Source: Hemiscyllium ocellatum
Lineage: Eukaryota
DNA: 64,000 nucleotides
Direction: 5' to 3'
Assembly (NCBI RefSeq): GCF_020745735.1
Contig: NW_026867487.1
Location: 5,039,239-5,103,238, forward strand
The stretch's first letter is position 1; each line of letters opens with the position of its first letter. Position numbers and translations under genes: made by a program. The notes under the pieces are model-generated. The model worked only from the letters and a program-made list of their open reading frames with translations, did no database searches and was not told where the DNA came from. Below, in pieces: positions 34,465 through 48,950 of the stretch.

Positions 34465-35074
34465 TCGAAGTATTGAGTACAGGATGTGGGGGTAATGTTG
34501 CGGCTTTACATGACATTGGTTAGGCCACTGGTGGAATATTGTGTGCAATTCTGGTCTCCTTCCTATTGGAAAGACGTTGTGAAACTTGAAAGGGTTCAGC
34601 AAAGATCTACAAGGATGTTGCCAGGGTTGGTGGATTGGAGCTATAGGCCGAGACTGATTAGGCTGGGGCTGTTTTCCCTGGGCATCAGGGGCGGAGGGGT
34701 GATCTTATAGATGTTTACACAATTATGGCGGGCATGCATAGGGTAAATAGACTTTTTTTTCCCTGGTGTCGGGGAGTCCAGAACTAGAAGGCATAGGTTT
34801 AGGGCGAAAGGGGAAAGATATAAAAAAAGACCTAAAGGACAACTTTTTCACGCAGAGAGTGGTACGCGTATGAAATGAGTTGCCAGAGGATGTGGTGGAG
34901 CCTTGTACAATTGCAACACTTTCGAGGCATTTGGATGGGTATATGATTAGGAAGGGTTTGGAAGTATATTGGCTGGGTGCTGGCAGGTGGGACTAGATTG
35001 AGTTGGGATATCTGGTCAGCATGGTCGGTTTGGACCGAAGGGTCTGTTTCCATGCTATACATCTCTATGACTCT
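34465..35074 (+). mobile_element. CR1-clade LINE 3' fragment, unit 3 only
   Basis: LYMTLVRPLVEYCVQFWSPSYWKDVVKLERVQQRSTRMLPG with a ctctatgact tail. Flanks match the uninterrupted sequence at ~9000-9035. Confidence 0.85.
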
Positions 35075-35834
35075 AAATAGTTGCAATACAAAATACCAAT
35101 TTACAGTGGGCACTGAAGCTTGTCCAGTAACAGTCCAAACCATTGTAGTAACCAGAGTGTACATCTCTTAATGTCAAATTTATTTATACACATTAGGACT
35201 AACATCTACAATATTAAATGTTGCCGTGACATTATTTTCAAGACAGGAAGCTGATGAACAAACATTAGTTCGGCAATAATCTATTGCACAGGAGAAGTGA
35301 GCTGCAGGTTCCTGGAGTAGCTCATAGATGATCAAAAACCAGACCGAGGACAAAAGCCAAATTGAAATATATCAGGAAGAATTATAGGATTGCTTTTGGA
35401 TATTGGACAAATTACATAGCATTGATTGAATGTCAAGTTTCTTTTGTCGTTTTATTCTATGCCGCACATAGTTCTGAAGCTGATTATTCATGATTTCTGG
35501 TGTGCACCTCCATCACTGGTTGGAGCACAATGCCAGATATTTCTAACAGTAATTCAATTGCAAACCCTTTCAGTTGCCCAATGGCATAAATTCTCCAAAG
35601 GCATGTTTGCTTTTTACTCAAATGCATTCAGCATAAATTGAGGAAAGAGATCCTTCACGGATGCTGCACCCCTTGACCACTCTGTGTTGATTATTTCGTT
35701 TCACATGAACTTGGCTCATTCTGGTATAAAGGTAGGAAGTAAATGTTACTCTCGTCTCGACTAGCCACACTTCGCACTTTGTTCCATTGGGGCGCTGTTA
35801 TTGTACGAGGCTCAGCCTGGTTCCTGTCACTGTG

Positions 35835-36349
35835 TGTCTCAGTCCGCAGTAATATACTGCGCTGTCAGACACCTGCAGTTCATAGATGGTGAAATTCCCC
35901 TCATTTTTTGACTTGTCCAAAGATGCAGAAAGTCGATCCGACACCCCTTCTCCTCTGATGATATTGCCAAAGTTGTCAACGTAGATTAAGAATATTGGAG
36001 ATTTCCCTGGGTCCTGACGGTACAGTTGCAACGTGTACGTGCCATATGTGGTCGAATATCTGAAATGAATGGTGACTGAATCGCTTTCAGATTGTATCGT
36101 TGTAACCGGCTTCTGTGAGATCGAATCGGCACAATTAACACCTGTGCAAATATTGAAAGAAAGTGACATTAAAATGACGATCACTATGAATGTTACCGAG
36201 TCAACGCATATACTGTAATCGAGGGAAACACAGACAAATCGAAGATTGCTATAGATATTTTACCTAGAAGGGAATATTTTACAACTCAGAAACTTGCCTG
36301 TTAAAAGCGTTGCAGTAGTGAGAAACGAGTAAATAGTAAGAGTCGACAT
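35835..36349 (-). CDS. V segment Vb2, non-canonical (no Cys23/Trp41), GC-AG leader intron
   Basis: Leader 36349-36298 with donor GCAAGT. V exon 36141-35835 is open. 23-RSS CACAGTG/ACAATAACA at 35834-35796. Confidence 0.88.
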
Positions 36350-37629
36350 GTTAGCAGAGCAGATGGCGGTTTAGCATGAAGAGAATTGAAGCTGATTCTT
36401 TTGAGCTGGCAGTCAATGGTGTGTCATATCCGGTCTCGCTGCCGAATGGTTCACCTCTGTCAGAATCATCATACCGCACCCAATCAGCCAGCAGCCGCTT
36501 TATTCTCGTCCTCGACGTGTTGACGGCATGAAATCCATTGGGAAATAGGGGAGGCCGTTTGCTCCACTAGTGAACAATATGGTGTTTGATTCATATAATT
36601 TCCAAATTCTGGCAGCCTACTCAAATCTCATCTGTCTTTTTGATGCATCAATCTACCAATATCGACTCGAAATGTCCTCCACCCCAGGGCAAGAAATACT
36701 TTCTGATCACTGAATAAAGCTGAGGGGAGTACTAACTTCAATTCTCCTCTTTAATGCTCATTGAATTCAAGAGCAGGGAGGTTCTGCTGCAATTGTGCAA
36801 GGTGTTGGTGAGTCCATACCGGGAGTATTGTGCGTAGTTCTGTACTCCTCATTTGAGGATGAATTTACTGGTTTTGGAGGCGGTGCAGAGGATGTTCGCC
36901 AGAATGATTGCACGGAAGAGGGGGGTTAGTCGAGGAGGAGACGTTGATTCGCCTTGGACTGCACTCGCTCGAATTTAGAAGAATGAGAAGCGACCTTGGT
37001 GGTACGTATAAAATTATGAAAGGGATGCATTAGATAGATGGAGACAAGTTATGTCTGCTGGTGGGTGAGACTAGGACTAGAGGACATGGCCTCAAGATTA
37101 CTGGGAGTGGATGTATGGTAGCATAAAGGGAGGAACTGCATTTCCTGGAGACAGTGGAATTCCCTGCCAATGGAAGCAGGACAAGCAGCTTCATTAAATT
37201 AAATTAAGACACGTTTGAATGAGTTTTTGCATGTTCAGGAAAATAAGAGTTATGGGGACAATGCAGGCCAGAGTAGCCGAGGCAATGGATAGATCTTAAT
37301 GAATGGCGGAGCGGGTTCGACGGGAGAAATGGACATCTCCAGCTTCGATTAGTTTGTGCCATCGGCTCCAGAAAACGAGAGCTGCTAACTCATCACCAGG
37401 AACTGGCATAGCGATATAAAATATTTTCATGTAGAAAAGTGCACAATGTGAATTGCAGAAAGTGGGATTTTGGAACTATTGAAGTTTGTCGTTTCGTTTC
37501 CAATGTCTTATCAGTTGAGAATTCAGCGACATATCAGCAATGCGGCTTAGGATGGAGGTAGGGAATGAACGGTCATGTGTGTGTCTGGCTAGTTTTTGTA
37601 CGGACTGACTGCAACTCTTGATCAGCGTG

Positions 37630-38062
37630 ACTCAGCGCACAGTGATAGACGGCAGAGTCAGAAACTAGAGCAATCGTGATATTTTTAGGAAACGTTTTCA
37701 GCTTTTTGTCCAGAGTAGAAGAGAACCTGTCAGAGAAAGCTGGAAAGGTATGTCCTTCTTCCTTGTTGAATCTTTTCAGTAAATATCCAGGAGCCTCCCC
37801 GGGATACTGGATGTACCAAAAGAGCACTGCAGTAGTGTACTGTGCTGAGTAATTACAGTTGAGGATTACAGTCTCTCCTTCTTGAACCGTTTTTTCAAGT
37901 GGATGCTGGGAAACTGAATCTTGGCCACTGGCACCTGCAATGAAAACAATGAAGTTGTCAAAAATTTGAAGGTCGAACTGATGAAGCGCATCTTGACGAT
38001 TTTAGGTCAAACTTACCTGTCACCACTGTCATTATTATCAGTGAAGCACCTAAAAAGCACAT
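37630..38062 (-). CDS. V segment Vc2, open reading frame
   Basis: Leader 38062-38017 MCFLGASLIIMTVVT(G). V exon 37934-37630 is open, with a coding end 2 nt shorter than Vc1. 23-RSS CACGCTG/ACAAAAACT at 37629-37591. Confidence 0.88.
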
Positions 38063-40163
38063 ATTTCAGGTTCGGCACTTCTCACAATATTTTGACCTTC
38101 TGATCTTACATGAGGGACTGAACCCCGATCAGAATAAATCTTCACTTTCTGGGCAAGTGAGACATTTGTTCCCTTGATCCAATTGGCTGGTTTCTAGATA
38201 TGACGTCACCAGTCATATAATAAAGGACAGACTGCACCTGACTCTCTCCAATCTCTTCCCTGGCTGCCTTGCTCACCCTGACACTCTTTCCCATGCGTTC
38301 AGCCACTATATCTTCTTCCGCCATTGCACGAAACTTTCTGCAGTGATCGATCGGCCACGCTTCAGAGAGATAGATGTTTCTCTGTAGCTCAGATAAAAGG
38401 TGGAATAATGCAAAATTATTTTATTACTCAGGTATCAATCAATGTGTACAGGCAAGATCCGTAGTTAATTGTTACTGCGTGAAGCCCAGCGGGGAAATGA
38501 CAAGCAGTTACCTTTTTCGAAACTGAGTCGTGGTACCAGTGCGGCTCATTATGTTTTGACAGTTTGCTGACCTTAAGCAGAAACAATTTGCATCCCATGA
38601 ATTTTAAAGTTTCACGGCATGAAACACTCCACCAACCAGATTTCAGATTATATCAGTTTTCAAAGATACTTTGGCATCCAATCTGGAACGTTTGGAAGTG
38701 AGAATTAATTAAGTTACTTGCCGTAGACATCTTCACACGATCGTGATGAATTGCAACAGGATGACAGCATTCACCCTTTCGAACCGTTCTTGCAAAACAA
38801 TTTGATGCATCCGAAACATGCACGTGCGCACGCGCGCGCGCACACACACACACACACAGAGGCAATATGGAGAATGACAAATTCATCACTGAAGGTCGGA
38901 CAGTATGCGTTGATCAGCAAGAGATGTACTTGGGCACGAATAACCTTAGGCCATGTGACTTCATACGGTGTGGAGACAATACCGAGGATTGTGAGAGCAA
39001 ATCCCTCTTGATTGCATGCAATGCGTGGCTGCCTCTGCTCAAAGTGTCCTGCAGGTGTGACGGGAATTACCCAGGGAGGGTGATCGTTGTGTCTCAGATG
39101 TTGTCTATCAGATATGATTCCATAATTATGAATCTGCCTCACAGCACCAGGGACTAGCATTCAATTCTAGCCTCGGGCGCCCCTCTGCGTAGAGTTTGCA
39201 CATTTCCCGTGTTTGCGTGGTTTTCTTCCAGGTGCGCTGGTTTCCTGCCACTATCAAAATATGTGGAGATTAGGTGAATTGGCCATGCTAAAATTATCCA
39301 TACTGCTCAGGGATGTGTCACGGGTGATGTAGAGTTATCGGATTGATTTGGGTTGGTTACCTTTCAGAGGGTGATGTGGATTTGCAGAGTCAAATGGCAA
39401 ATTTTCACACTGCAAGGATTCTGTGACATCACTAAAAAGAGTAGCTTGCCAGACCAGTGTTGTGGATCTGTAGTTACATGTGGGACAGACGAGGTGAGGG
39501 CAGAGGATGTTCCGAATTACATCATTGAATTACGTCAATCAACTGACAACAACATGGTCTTTGTTAGAATCTCGAATACAGATTTTTAAATTGTATTCAA
39601 TTCAAATTTTATCATCTGGTTTGGTGGGATTCTAATCCCGCTTCCCAGACCATTAACTGACTCTCTGCAATAATAATCTACCGTTAATACTAATAGGTTA
39701 TCTACTCCCAGTTTTGTGAACTTTCTCCAAAGTTGTCCTTTTCAAATATACTTTCCATTTCCTTTTGACGTTCCCATTGAAGATTTACTGATCATCATTT
39801 CAGGTAATGCATTCCAGCTCATTTTAATTCGTTAGAAGGAATCAGGCATATCACAAAAGTCAAAAATAAGAAAGGGAACACGAACAGGTTCAAATGTTGG
39901 AGAATTGTCAAGTGTCATTTTCAAACTGGAAAGTTAAACCTGCCACTTTACTTTAAGTCAGGAACAAATCACAACCACAACCGTCTATGAGTTTCAGATC
40001 TCCAGCATTCACAATTACGTTTCATATTATGAATGTGAACGCAGCCTGACTGACAAAGGAATTTTAACTCATCAGGAAGTTTGACAAACAGTCACAGCAA
40101 GGAGATACGATGGTCAACCTGTGCATGGTCATGGATTCTATTGATCACCTCCTAGATAGAGAC

Positions 40164-42830
40164 CCAGGGGAACACTACCCCTGCTCATGACTCCACCCCC
40201 GTTACCCCGAGGGGAACACTACCCCTGCTCATGACTCCACCCCCATTTCCCCCACCATCACACCCACTCCAGTTACTGGCTCCACTCCTGGCTCCACACT
40301 CACACTAGATCCCAGCTCCCAGCCCTGCCGAGTTTTCATCATCCCTCCAGACCTCGCCCTCACTGAGGACGAACGATCAGTCCTCAGCAAAGGACTCACC
40401 TTCATCCCCCACCCCGTCCATGCATCAATGAATTTAATACATGCCGTGACGTCGAACAAGTATTCCGTTGCCTCCGACTCCGAGCTTGCTTTCATAATCA
40501 TGATTCCCGCCCACCTTCCGAGGACCCATTCGCCCACCTCCAACACACTGCATCCAACTGGACACCCCGCGCTGGCCTATTACCTGCCCTCGACCTGCCA
40601 TCAGGACATTTTCCGCCTCAACCTGTCTACCTCCCCTCCCGAACTCCAACCTCTGACTCTCACAACGCATAGCCATCCAATCCCTCTGCTCCGATCCCAA
40701 CATCACCATCAATCCAGTGGTAAATGGGGTGCAGTGGTAGTCTGGCGCACTGACCTCTACACCGCTGAAGCCAAATGCCAACTAGAGGACACCTCTTCCT
40801 ACTGCCCCCTCGACCATGACCCCACTCCCCATCACCAAACCATCATCTCCCAGACCATACAGAACCTCATCTTCTCTGGAGATCTCCCACCCACAGCTTC
40901 CAACCTCATAGTCCGGGAACTCCGCACTGCCCGGTTCTCCCTCCTTCCCAGGATCCACAAGCCTGACAAACCTGGCTGACACATTGTCTCAGCATGCTCC
41001 TGCCCCACTGAACTCATCTCTATCTACCTCACACTGTCCTATTCCCCCTAGTCCAGGAACCCTCCACGTACGTTCGAGACACCATCCACGCCCTTCACCT
41101 CCTCCAAGACTTCCATTTCCACGGCCCCCAACGCCTCATCTTCACCATGGATATCCAATCCCTCTACGCTTCCATCCGCCATGACCAAGGCATCCAAGCC
41201 CTCCGTTTTTTTCCTCTCCAGACATCCCCAACAGTACCCTTCCACCGACACTCTCATTCGTTTGGCCGAACTGGTCCTCACCCTTAACAATTTCTCCTTT
41301 TAATCCTCCCACTTACTCCAGATCAAAGGGGTAGCCATGGGCACACGTATGGGCCCCTGCTATGCCTGTCTCTTTGTTGGCTAAGTAGAACAGTTGATCT
41401 TCCGTAATTACACCAGCACTACTCCCCACCTCTTCCTCCACTACATTAATGACTGCATTGGAGCCACCTCGTGCTCCCGCGAGGAGGTCGAGCAATTCAT
41501 CAACTTCACCAACACATTCTACTCTGACCTTAAATTTACCTGGACCATCTCTGACACCTCTCTCCCCTCCTGGACCTCTCCATCTCCATTCATGATGACC
41601 GACTTGACACTGACATTTTTTACGACCCACTGACTCCCACAGCTACCTGGATTACACCTCTTCCCACCCTACCTCTTGCAAAAATGCCATCCCTTTACTT
41701 CCAATTCCTCTGCCTCCGCCGTATCTGCTCTCAGGAGGACCAGTTCCACTATAGAACACAACAGATGGCCTCCTTCTTTAGTGACCGTAATTTCCCTTCA
41801 AACGTGGTTAAAGATGCGCTCCAACCCATCTCGTCCACATCCCGCACCTCCGCCCTCAGACCCCACCCCTCCAACCGTAAACAGGAGAGAACGCCCCTGG
41901 TGCTCACCTTCCACCCTGCAAACATTCGCATAAACCAAATAATCCGCCGACATTTCTGCCACCTCCAAAAAGACCCCACCAACAGGGATATAGTTCCCTC
42001 CCTGACCCTTTCCGCCTTCCACAAAGACCGTTCCCTCCGTGACTACCTGGTCAGGTCCACGCCTCTGAACAACCCACGCTCCCATCCTGGCACTTTTCCC
42101 TGCCACCGCAGGAACTGTAAAACCTGTGCCCACACCTCCTCCCTCACGTCTATCCAAGGCTCTAAAGGAGCTTTCCACACCCATCAAAGTTTTATCTGCA
42201 CATCCATCAATATCATTTATTGTATCCGTTGCTCCCGATGCGGTCTCCTCTACATTGGGGAGACTGGGCGCCTCCTAGCAGAATGCTTTAGGGAACATCT
42301 CCGGGACACCCGCACCAATCAACCACACTGCCCCGTGGCCCAACATTTCAACTCCCCCTCCCACTCTGCCGAGGCCATGGAGATCCTGCGCCTCCTTCAC
42401 CGCCGCTCCCTCACCACCAGACGCCTGGAGGAAGAACGCTTCATCTTTCGCCTCAGAACACTTCAACCCCAGGGCATCAATGTAGACTTCAACAGTTTCC
42501 TCATTTCTCCTTCCCCACCTCACCCGAGTTCCTAACTTGCAGCTCAGCACTGTCCCCATGACTTGTCCGGACTTGCCCTACCTGCCTGTCTCCTTTTCCA
42601 CCTATCCACTCCACCCTCTCCTCCCTGACCTATCACCTTCATCCCCTACCCCACTCACCCATTGTGCTCTATGCTGCTTTCTCCCCACCCCAACCTCCTC
42701 TAGCTAATCTTTCCACGCTTTAGGCTCACTGCCTTTATTCCTGATGAAGGGCTTCTGCCTGAAACGTCGATTTCGCTGCACATTGGATGCTGCCTGAACT
42801 GCTGTGCTCTTCAAGCACCACGAATCCAGA
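40164..42830 (+). mobile_element. Decayed Penelope-like element (RT + GIY-YIG + 3' pLTR), unit 3 only
   Basis: MDIQSLYASI at 41147, GVAMGTRMGP, YIND (decayed YIDD), IIYCIRCSRCGLLYIGETGR at ~42210-42270. Several stops and frameshifts. Splits the ZNF relic (compare 59620-59640). Confidence 0.9.
42737..42771 (+). ncRNA. Minimal hammerhead ribozyme motif in PLE pLTR
   Basis: attc-CTGATGA-a-gggc-ttct-gcct-GAAA-cgtc-gat. Confidence 0.7.
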
Positions 42831-45800
42831 ACAAAGACGATATTGTCAAGGAGGAACCATGAATATGTGAGGACTGTGGCAAGGGATTCAATTACCAACC
42901 TAGCTGGAACTCCATTGACAAAATCTATGGGAGATGAATTTCTGGAGTTTGCTGTGAAGCTTTCTGAAGCAAAACGTTGAAGTACCTAATTACAATCAGT
43001 TTGTTTTAGGTATAGCATTGGTTGAAGTAAGAGAAAAATTAATAAGGTTGTACCTGCCACACAGTGTGCTTGAGTTCTTCTATACAGCAAAAGAACTGTG
43101 AGTCGACTCTTATAGAAAATGATATTCGTTTATTGGACATAATTAGCATCAGAACCACAAGCAAATGAAATAACACAACGACCTATCTTCTGCTTTAATT
43201 TAACTTTGTATGTTCGCATACCACTGCACTCAAAGTTGGCCAGGCTCCATGTGGTGACGATTTCCTTTTCTTCAGATGGTCTTAAAGGTACATTCCCTTT
43301 TGATGGTTATTCTCGAGTTACGATCCTGAGTAGGGTTTTGTGGTGACTGCTCTTCTTCCGAGGCTTCGTGCCCTTTTGGGCGGATTTTGAGGATCTGCCA
43401 ACAGATTGATCAGGTTCGATTAGCCTGATTGGTCAGACCCAGACACGTGTTTTCACGTTGATGGCTGGGTAGACTTAGGCGTCCAATACGGTAATTGTTG
43501 GGTGCACGTAACCTCCTCCAAATAAGGGTGCTCGCTGCCTCTCTATTAAGCGAAAGACTCAATTCTCCCAATTGTCCCGAGGGCGACATTTCATTATCCT
43601 ATCCAAATCCAACTTCAGTTGTGTATTGCAGTCTCTGCAGCTGTCAGGTTTGTTTGCAAACCGTCTATGGGCAGCTGCAGGGTGTATGGATACTGCATCA
43701 TGTGGATTAGCACTGCGACTTTAGTCAATGCTTAGTTTGATTTCCCAGCACGCTTTAATCATTGTTAATCTTTGGTAAGTCCATGTTAAGTGTATTAGTG
43801 TCATCATAACTTCATTATTTCAGGTGGCGCTTCCGGCCACAGTAACCTTGCTCCTGTTGAATAGAGTTCATAATGTCGTGCAATTTTCAATCAAGGTTAA
43901 AAGTGACATTATTCATACAGGAAATAGTGTCGCAAACCTGATCAATGAAAACTATAAAAATTGGAGTGGCAAATTGTTCCTGATGGATTGCCAAAATACA
44001 CAAAATAATTTGCAAGTACACAGGCAGTACTGAGTGATTGAAGAGGTATTATATGATCTGTAATTATTATTTGTTCCTCGAAAACAGCGGTGTGCAGCTA
44101 GAAAAATAAATCAGTTATGGATAGTGAAAGATTGAAGACATGTATACTGTATGTCTTGCAAGGCGGCAAAAAAGTGAGAAGCCAAATGATTGAAAGCAAT
44201 TTAGAATTCAATAAAGGATTGACCAAAAGACTGATTAAATGGCAAAAGAGATGTATGGAATCTCAGAAGAATCATAAATATGAACTGTATAAGTTGCTTA
44301 CATAGATAAAATGCAGAAAAGCACGAAAACATGCTGGATTTTCACCGAAGCCATCAGGTCCAATATTCACTGCCCTATCATTAATGCATAGTTGCAAAAG
44401 TGTGGCTGCAGTATGCACGACAGTAATTCGCCAAGTGTCCTGCAAAAGAACATTCCCATCCCCTCACCGCCTAGAAAGACAAAGACGTGAGATACAAAGG
44501 AACACTTCAGGCCGCACTCGGTCGTTACTTACACTTAAGTCACATGCTTTCATGATTACTTGGCCAAGACCCTGGAACACTCTTGCTTAGAACAATGTGG
44601 ATGCTCAACTCAGCAAGTAATGCAAACATTGAAGAAGGCAGGTTGCACCACCTCCTCCCCGACAAATAGGTTTGGTCAAAGCTTCTGTCCCTGGATCTCT
44701 GTGCTCCATGTGATACAGTGCTACCCCCTGCTGGCGGCTTCATGCCATTGCACAGGCAGAGTCGAAAGTCGTTGGGGATTATGTCAGAGGAATGGCAGCA
44801 ACGCACTGCATTGTTCAAACGGACAACATCATCTGCTCACACACTTCGACATTGTGGGAATGACAGAATTGATCAGTGTGAATCATTGTGAGCCACCTCC
44901 AGCAAACGAATGTGCCTGGAAAAGGCAGACTAAGAAGCAGCAAGTCCTCCAACCAGAAGTCTCAACACAGGGACCACTGTGAAAAGGAGGCATTAAAATG
45001 CCAGCCCAGTTTTCCCTGTCACCTGTAACACAAATGTTTTGTATGTTTGGTTTCTCTGCAGTCAAGGAATACAGGGTTATAGTTGGTTCAAGATAGTAGG
45101 AGTTGCAACCGATTGAGTTATATATGGTGAGTTCATAATTGTTCACCTGCCTCTGGAATATATTTTTTTGAAATCAATACTAATATGTGTTAAGTACAGA
45201 AGTCTAGGCCGGGTTGTCTGCTAAGTTGGGACTAAAGCACAGGTAAATCCGGAATTTTGCGAACTTTGATCAATTCTTTAACTTTTGGGATACCTCCAAG
45301 GACTGCAGGTCTTGCCGTTATTCAGGCATTCCAATCATCCAGCTGTACTGACAAATGTAATTACTGATGTTTCGTCTGTCATGGGAGATTTAGCTAAAGA
45401 TTTGTATTTGCATCATTACCCCTGAAAATTAAATTAGATTCCCAATTTCATAAATACACTGACTACGCTTCAAAACGTTGGATTTTGAACGATGCTCCAG
45501 CGCCTAGAACGTATTATCCTGCTGCATGAAAAGTGTTGTAAAAGTTTCCATCCCTCAGTTACAGTGAAGACATTCAGAATTAGTTGGAGACATCTCTCGA
45601 TAAAGGCAACTGCCTTTTGCGGATGGACATTCCCAAGTCTCACAATGCTCTGACAGATAAGTTATCCCTCGTCTCTGATTGAATGGATAGAGTCCTACAA
45701 TATGGAACAGGCTTTCTGTCTCAAATGGCTGAAGCCATCATTCAACCCTTATACCATTTCCCTACACTTGACCCATACCTTTCCTAATCCTTTCCTATCC

Positions 45801-47866
45801 ATGTACTTGTCTGAATGCCTTTTAAAAGTTGCTAATCTAGCCGCCTCAACCACCTCCGCTGGTATTTCGTTCCACATGAGTACGACCATCTGCATTAAAA
45901 AAGTTGGCCCTTCGGTTCCTTTTCTTCTTTCCCCTGAAACTAATGCAACTTAGTTCGTGATTCCCCAACTCTGGGACAAAAGACAGTGAATTCACACCAT
46001 CCATGCCTCTCATAGTCTTGTACACCTTCATAAGCTCCACACTCCCCACTCACACTCCATTCAATCTCCTACACTCTAAAGATAAATGTTCTAGTTTTTC
46101 CAACCTCTCCTTGTAAATCAGACCATTGAGTCCAGGGAATATGCTTGTAAATTTCTTCTGCACTCTTTCTATTTTAATAAATACTTCATATCGCAGGATG
46201 ACCAGACTGAGCACAATCCCCCAAATGCGGCCTCACCAACTTCCTGTACAATTTGTACATTATTTCCACTTTCCCTGACTGAAGAAGGCTAGTGTGCCGA
46301 AACCTTTTTCACTGTCCTGTCTAACTGTGACTTTCAGAGAACCGTGCACCTGAGCACCAAGTTCTGTCTGTTGCACTACACTCCTTCAGGCCCGACCATC
46401 CAGCATGAAGTTCTTGCTTTGAATTGACTTTCCAAAATGCAAGACGTCACACTTGTCGAAATCAAATTTCATTTGCGCTTTCTGGCCCAATTCCCCAGCT
46501 GATCAAGGTCCTGCTATAATTTCTGACAATCTTCTTCACTGTCCATGAACGTTCCGATGTTAGTGTCATCTACAAACGTACTGTTAATGGCTTGTACATT
46601 CTCATCCTAATCATTGATATCGGAACATTGGATAGTTGTTTAAAAATGGATGAGTTTAAACTATAAACCCTAGTTCTAGTACGCCATGAATAGTAAAAAG
46701 TAGCCCTTAAAAATTTTCCAAACTGAACCCTCTTAATAGAATATGATGGTTTTTGAAATGCGTGCTTCGGCAGCAGGTGGTGGAACTATATGATCTTATT
46801 CAGAAGACAGCAACAGGCAGAGAACTTCGACACTGTCATATTTTCAACATCAAGCCAGAAGTAATTTCCTTCGCACACTGAGATGGGCACATCCATTCAC
46901 GCGCAATTGCGTGCACACACACACACACACTCACACACACAAAGACCAGCTGACAAAGATAAATACAGACACACACACACACAAGTAAACACAAACAAGT
47001 ACATGCACATGAACACACAGAAAAGCAAATTGGTAGCCACATAAAGGCACACATATACACAGGCAGAAACATACATAAATAGATGCGCACATCCAAAGAC
47101 ACACAGACACCCAGAGGCACGCGCGCACACACACAAAAGCATAAAGCCGAAATTTAGCAAGTTCCCTACTCGCTTTCATTTTGCACCGCATCTGTCGCTC
47201 CACTTCTGTCCACATTTAGAATATAGAACATTCCAGCGTAGTGCAGGCCCTTCGGCCCTCGATGTTGCGCCGACCTGTGAAACCAATTTGAAGCACGTCG
47301 AATCTACGTTTTTCCGTTCTCGTACACATGCCTCTCCAATGACCATTTAAGTGCCCTTAAAGTTGGCAAGTCTACTACTGTTGCAGGAAGTGCGTTCCAC
47401 GCCCCTCCCACTCTCTGCGTAAAGAAACTACCTCTGATATCTGTCCAATATCTATGACTCCATAGTTTAAAGCCATGCCCCGTCGTGCTAGCCATCGCCA
47501 TCTGAGGAAAAAGGCTCTCACTGTCCACCCCATCTAACCCTCTGATTATCTTCTATGTCTCAATTAATTCATCTTTCAACCTCCTTCTCTCCGATGAAAA
47601 TAGCCTCAAGTTCTTCAGCCTATCCATGTAAGACCTCCCATCCGTAACTGGCAACATCCCAATAAACCTGTTCTAAAACTCTTTCCATAGCGTCCACGTC
47701 CTTCCTAAAGCGTGATTGGAACTATATGCAATACTTCAAGTGCTGCCGCACCACTTAGTTTCAACTTCTGATGCACCAGCATAATGAATGCACAGAATCT
47801 TCCAATAGAATGAGATTTCAGAGATACTTGCCTGGTTTTGGGCAGACCCCATCAGAGAGAGGGTGA

Positions 47867-47914
<48 letters not shown>

Positions 47915-48614
47915 GCGTGGTGCGTGCGTGCAAGCTTACGTGATTGCACGTGAGGGAGGGGTTGATTTCAGAAAGATCACCCTTGAGGAACATAATAATA
48001 TAACGAGTGACCAATGTAGCTCTTCCTGATAGTATGGTGCATGGAATGGAAATAGCTGTTCATATTGCATTACACTGAGGAGACGTGCTGCTTCAAATCA
48101 CAGGCCAAAATTTTAGGATTAATGTTGAGATATTTTGCTTGATTTAGTGAGGCTGCATAAAGTGTGGAGTACAGTTTCAGTTGCAAAGCGTTAATAAAAT
48201 GCCCCTAAATCGTTGAATGCTGCATTTGAAATAAAATGCGCAGAACAAACCAGGCAACGATTTTTTGTTTGGGGATGGGGGAGGGGGAAGAGGATATTTT
48301 CGTTTTCATTGACCACGATCGTGGGAACTCAATTGTGGTGAGAAAATTTATGTAGCAATTTCCGAAGATAAGCACTAGAGGGTAGAGTGAATCTGTGACA
48401 TATATTGAATCAGAGGGTGGAGTGCCAATACACACATTGTGAGCAGCTCTTTGTGCGAAAGGCCTGCTACGGAAAGATAAATTTGAAGTGATAACTTATT
48501 TCACAACTTCGAAAGAAGGCAGCGCTGTGTTCGACACGAAAAGAGTGTTTTTCTCATTGTTAACTCTTTTTTTTCCAACAGAACTCTGTGGAAACTTACT
48601 CTTCAGGTAACTTG

Positions 48615-48950
48615 ATGATGTCTCAAATTTACCGACTTCTTTTCCTGCTTTCCTCTCTGATCTACAAGGTAGAAACTGGAGAGGATGAAGTCATGCAACT
48701 TGCTCAGTGGAAAGTTGTTAAGGAGGCAGAAAGCGCTTCCATTGACTGCTCCACAACAGAAACATTTGACAGAGTGCACTGGTACAGACAGTTCCCAAAC
48801 CAGCCGCCCCAGCATCTGGTGATGGCCAAAAGAGAAGCTGATCAACATGAGAGGATTTCCGCTTCAGTCAGGACAGATTACCAACACAGTGTCCTGAGTG
48901 TGAGAGACACCAGACTTAACGACACCGCCATCTATCTCTGTGCCAATGGG
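48615..48950 (+). CDS. V segment Vd3, open single-exon ORF with a broken RSS heptamer
   Basis: MMSQIYRLLFLLSSLIYKVETG-EDEV..DTAIYLCANG. The heptamer reads GGCAGTG (2-bp CA deletion versus Vd1); spacer 23 bp, nonamer ACAAAAACA. Confidence 0.85.
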
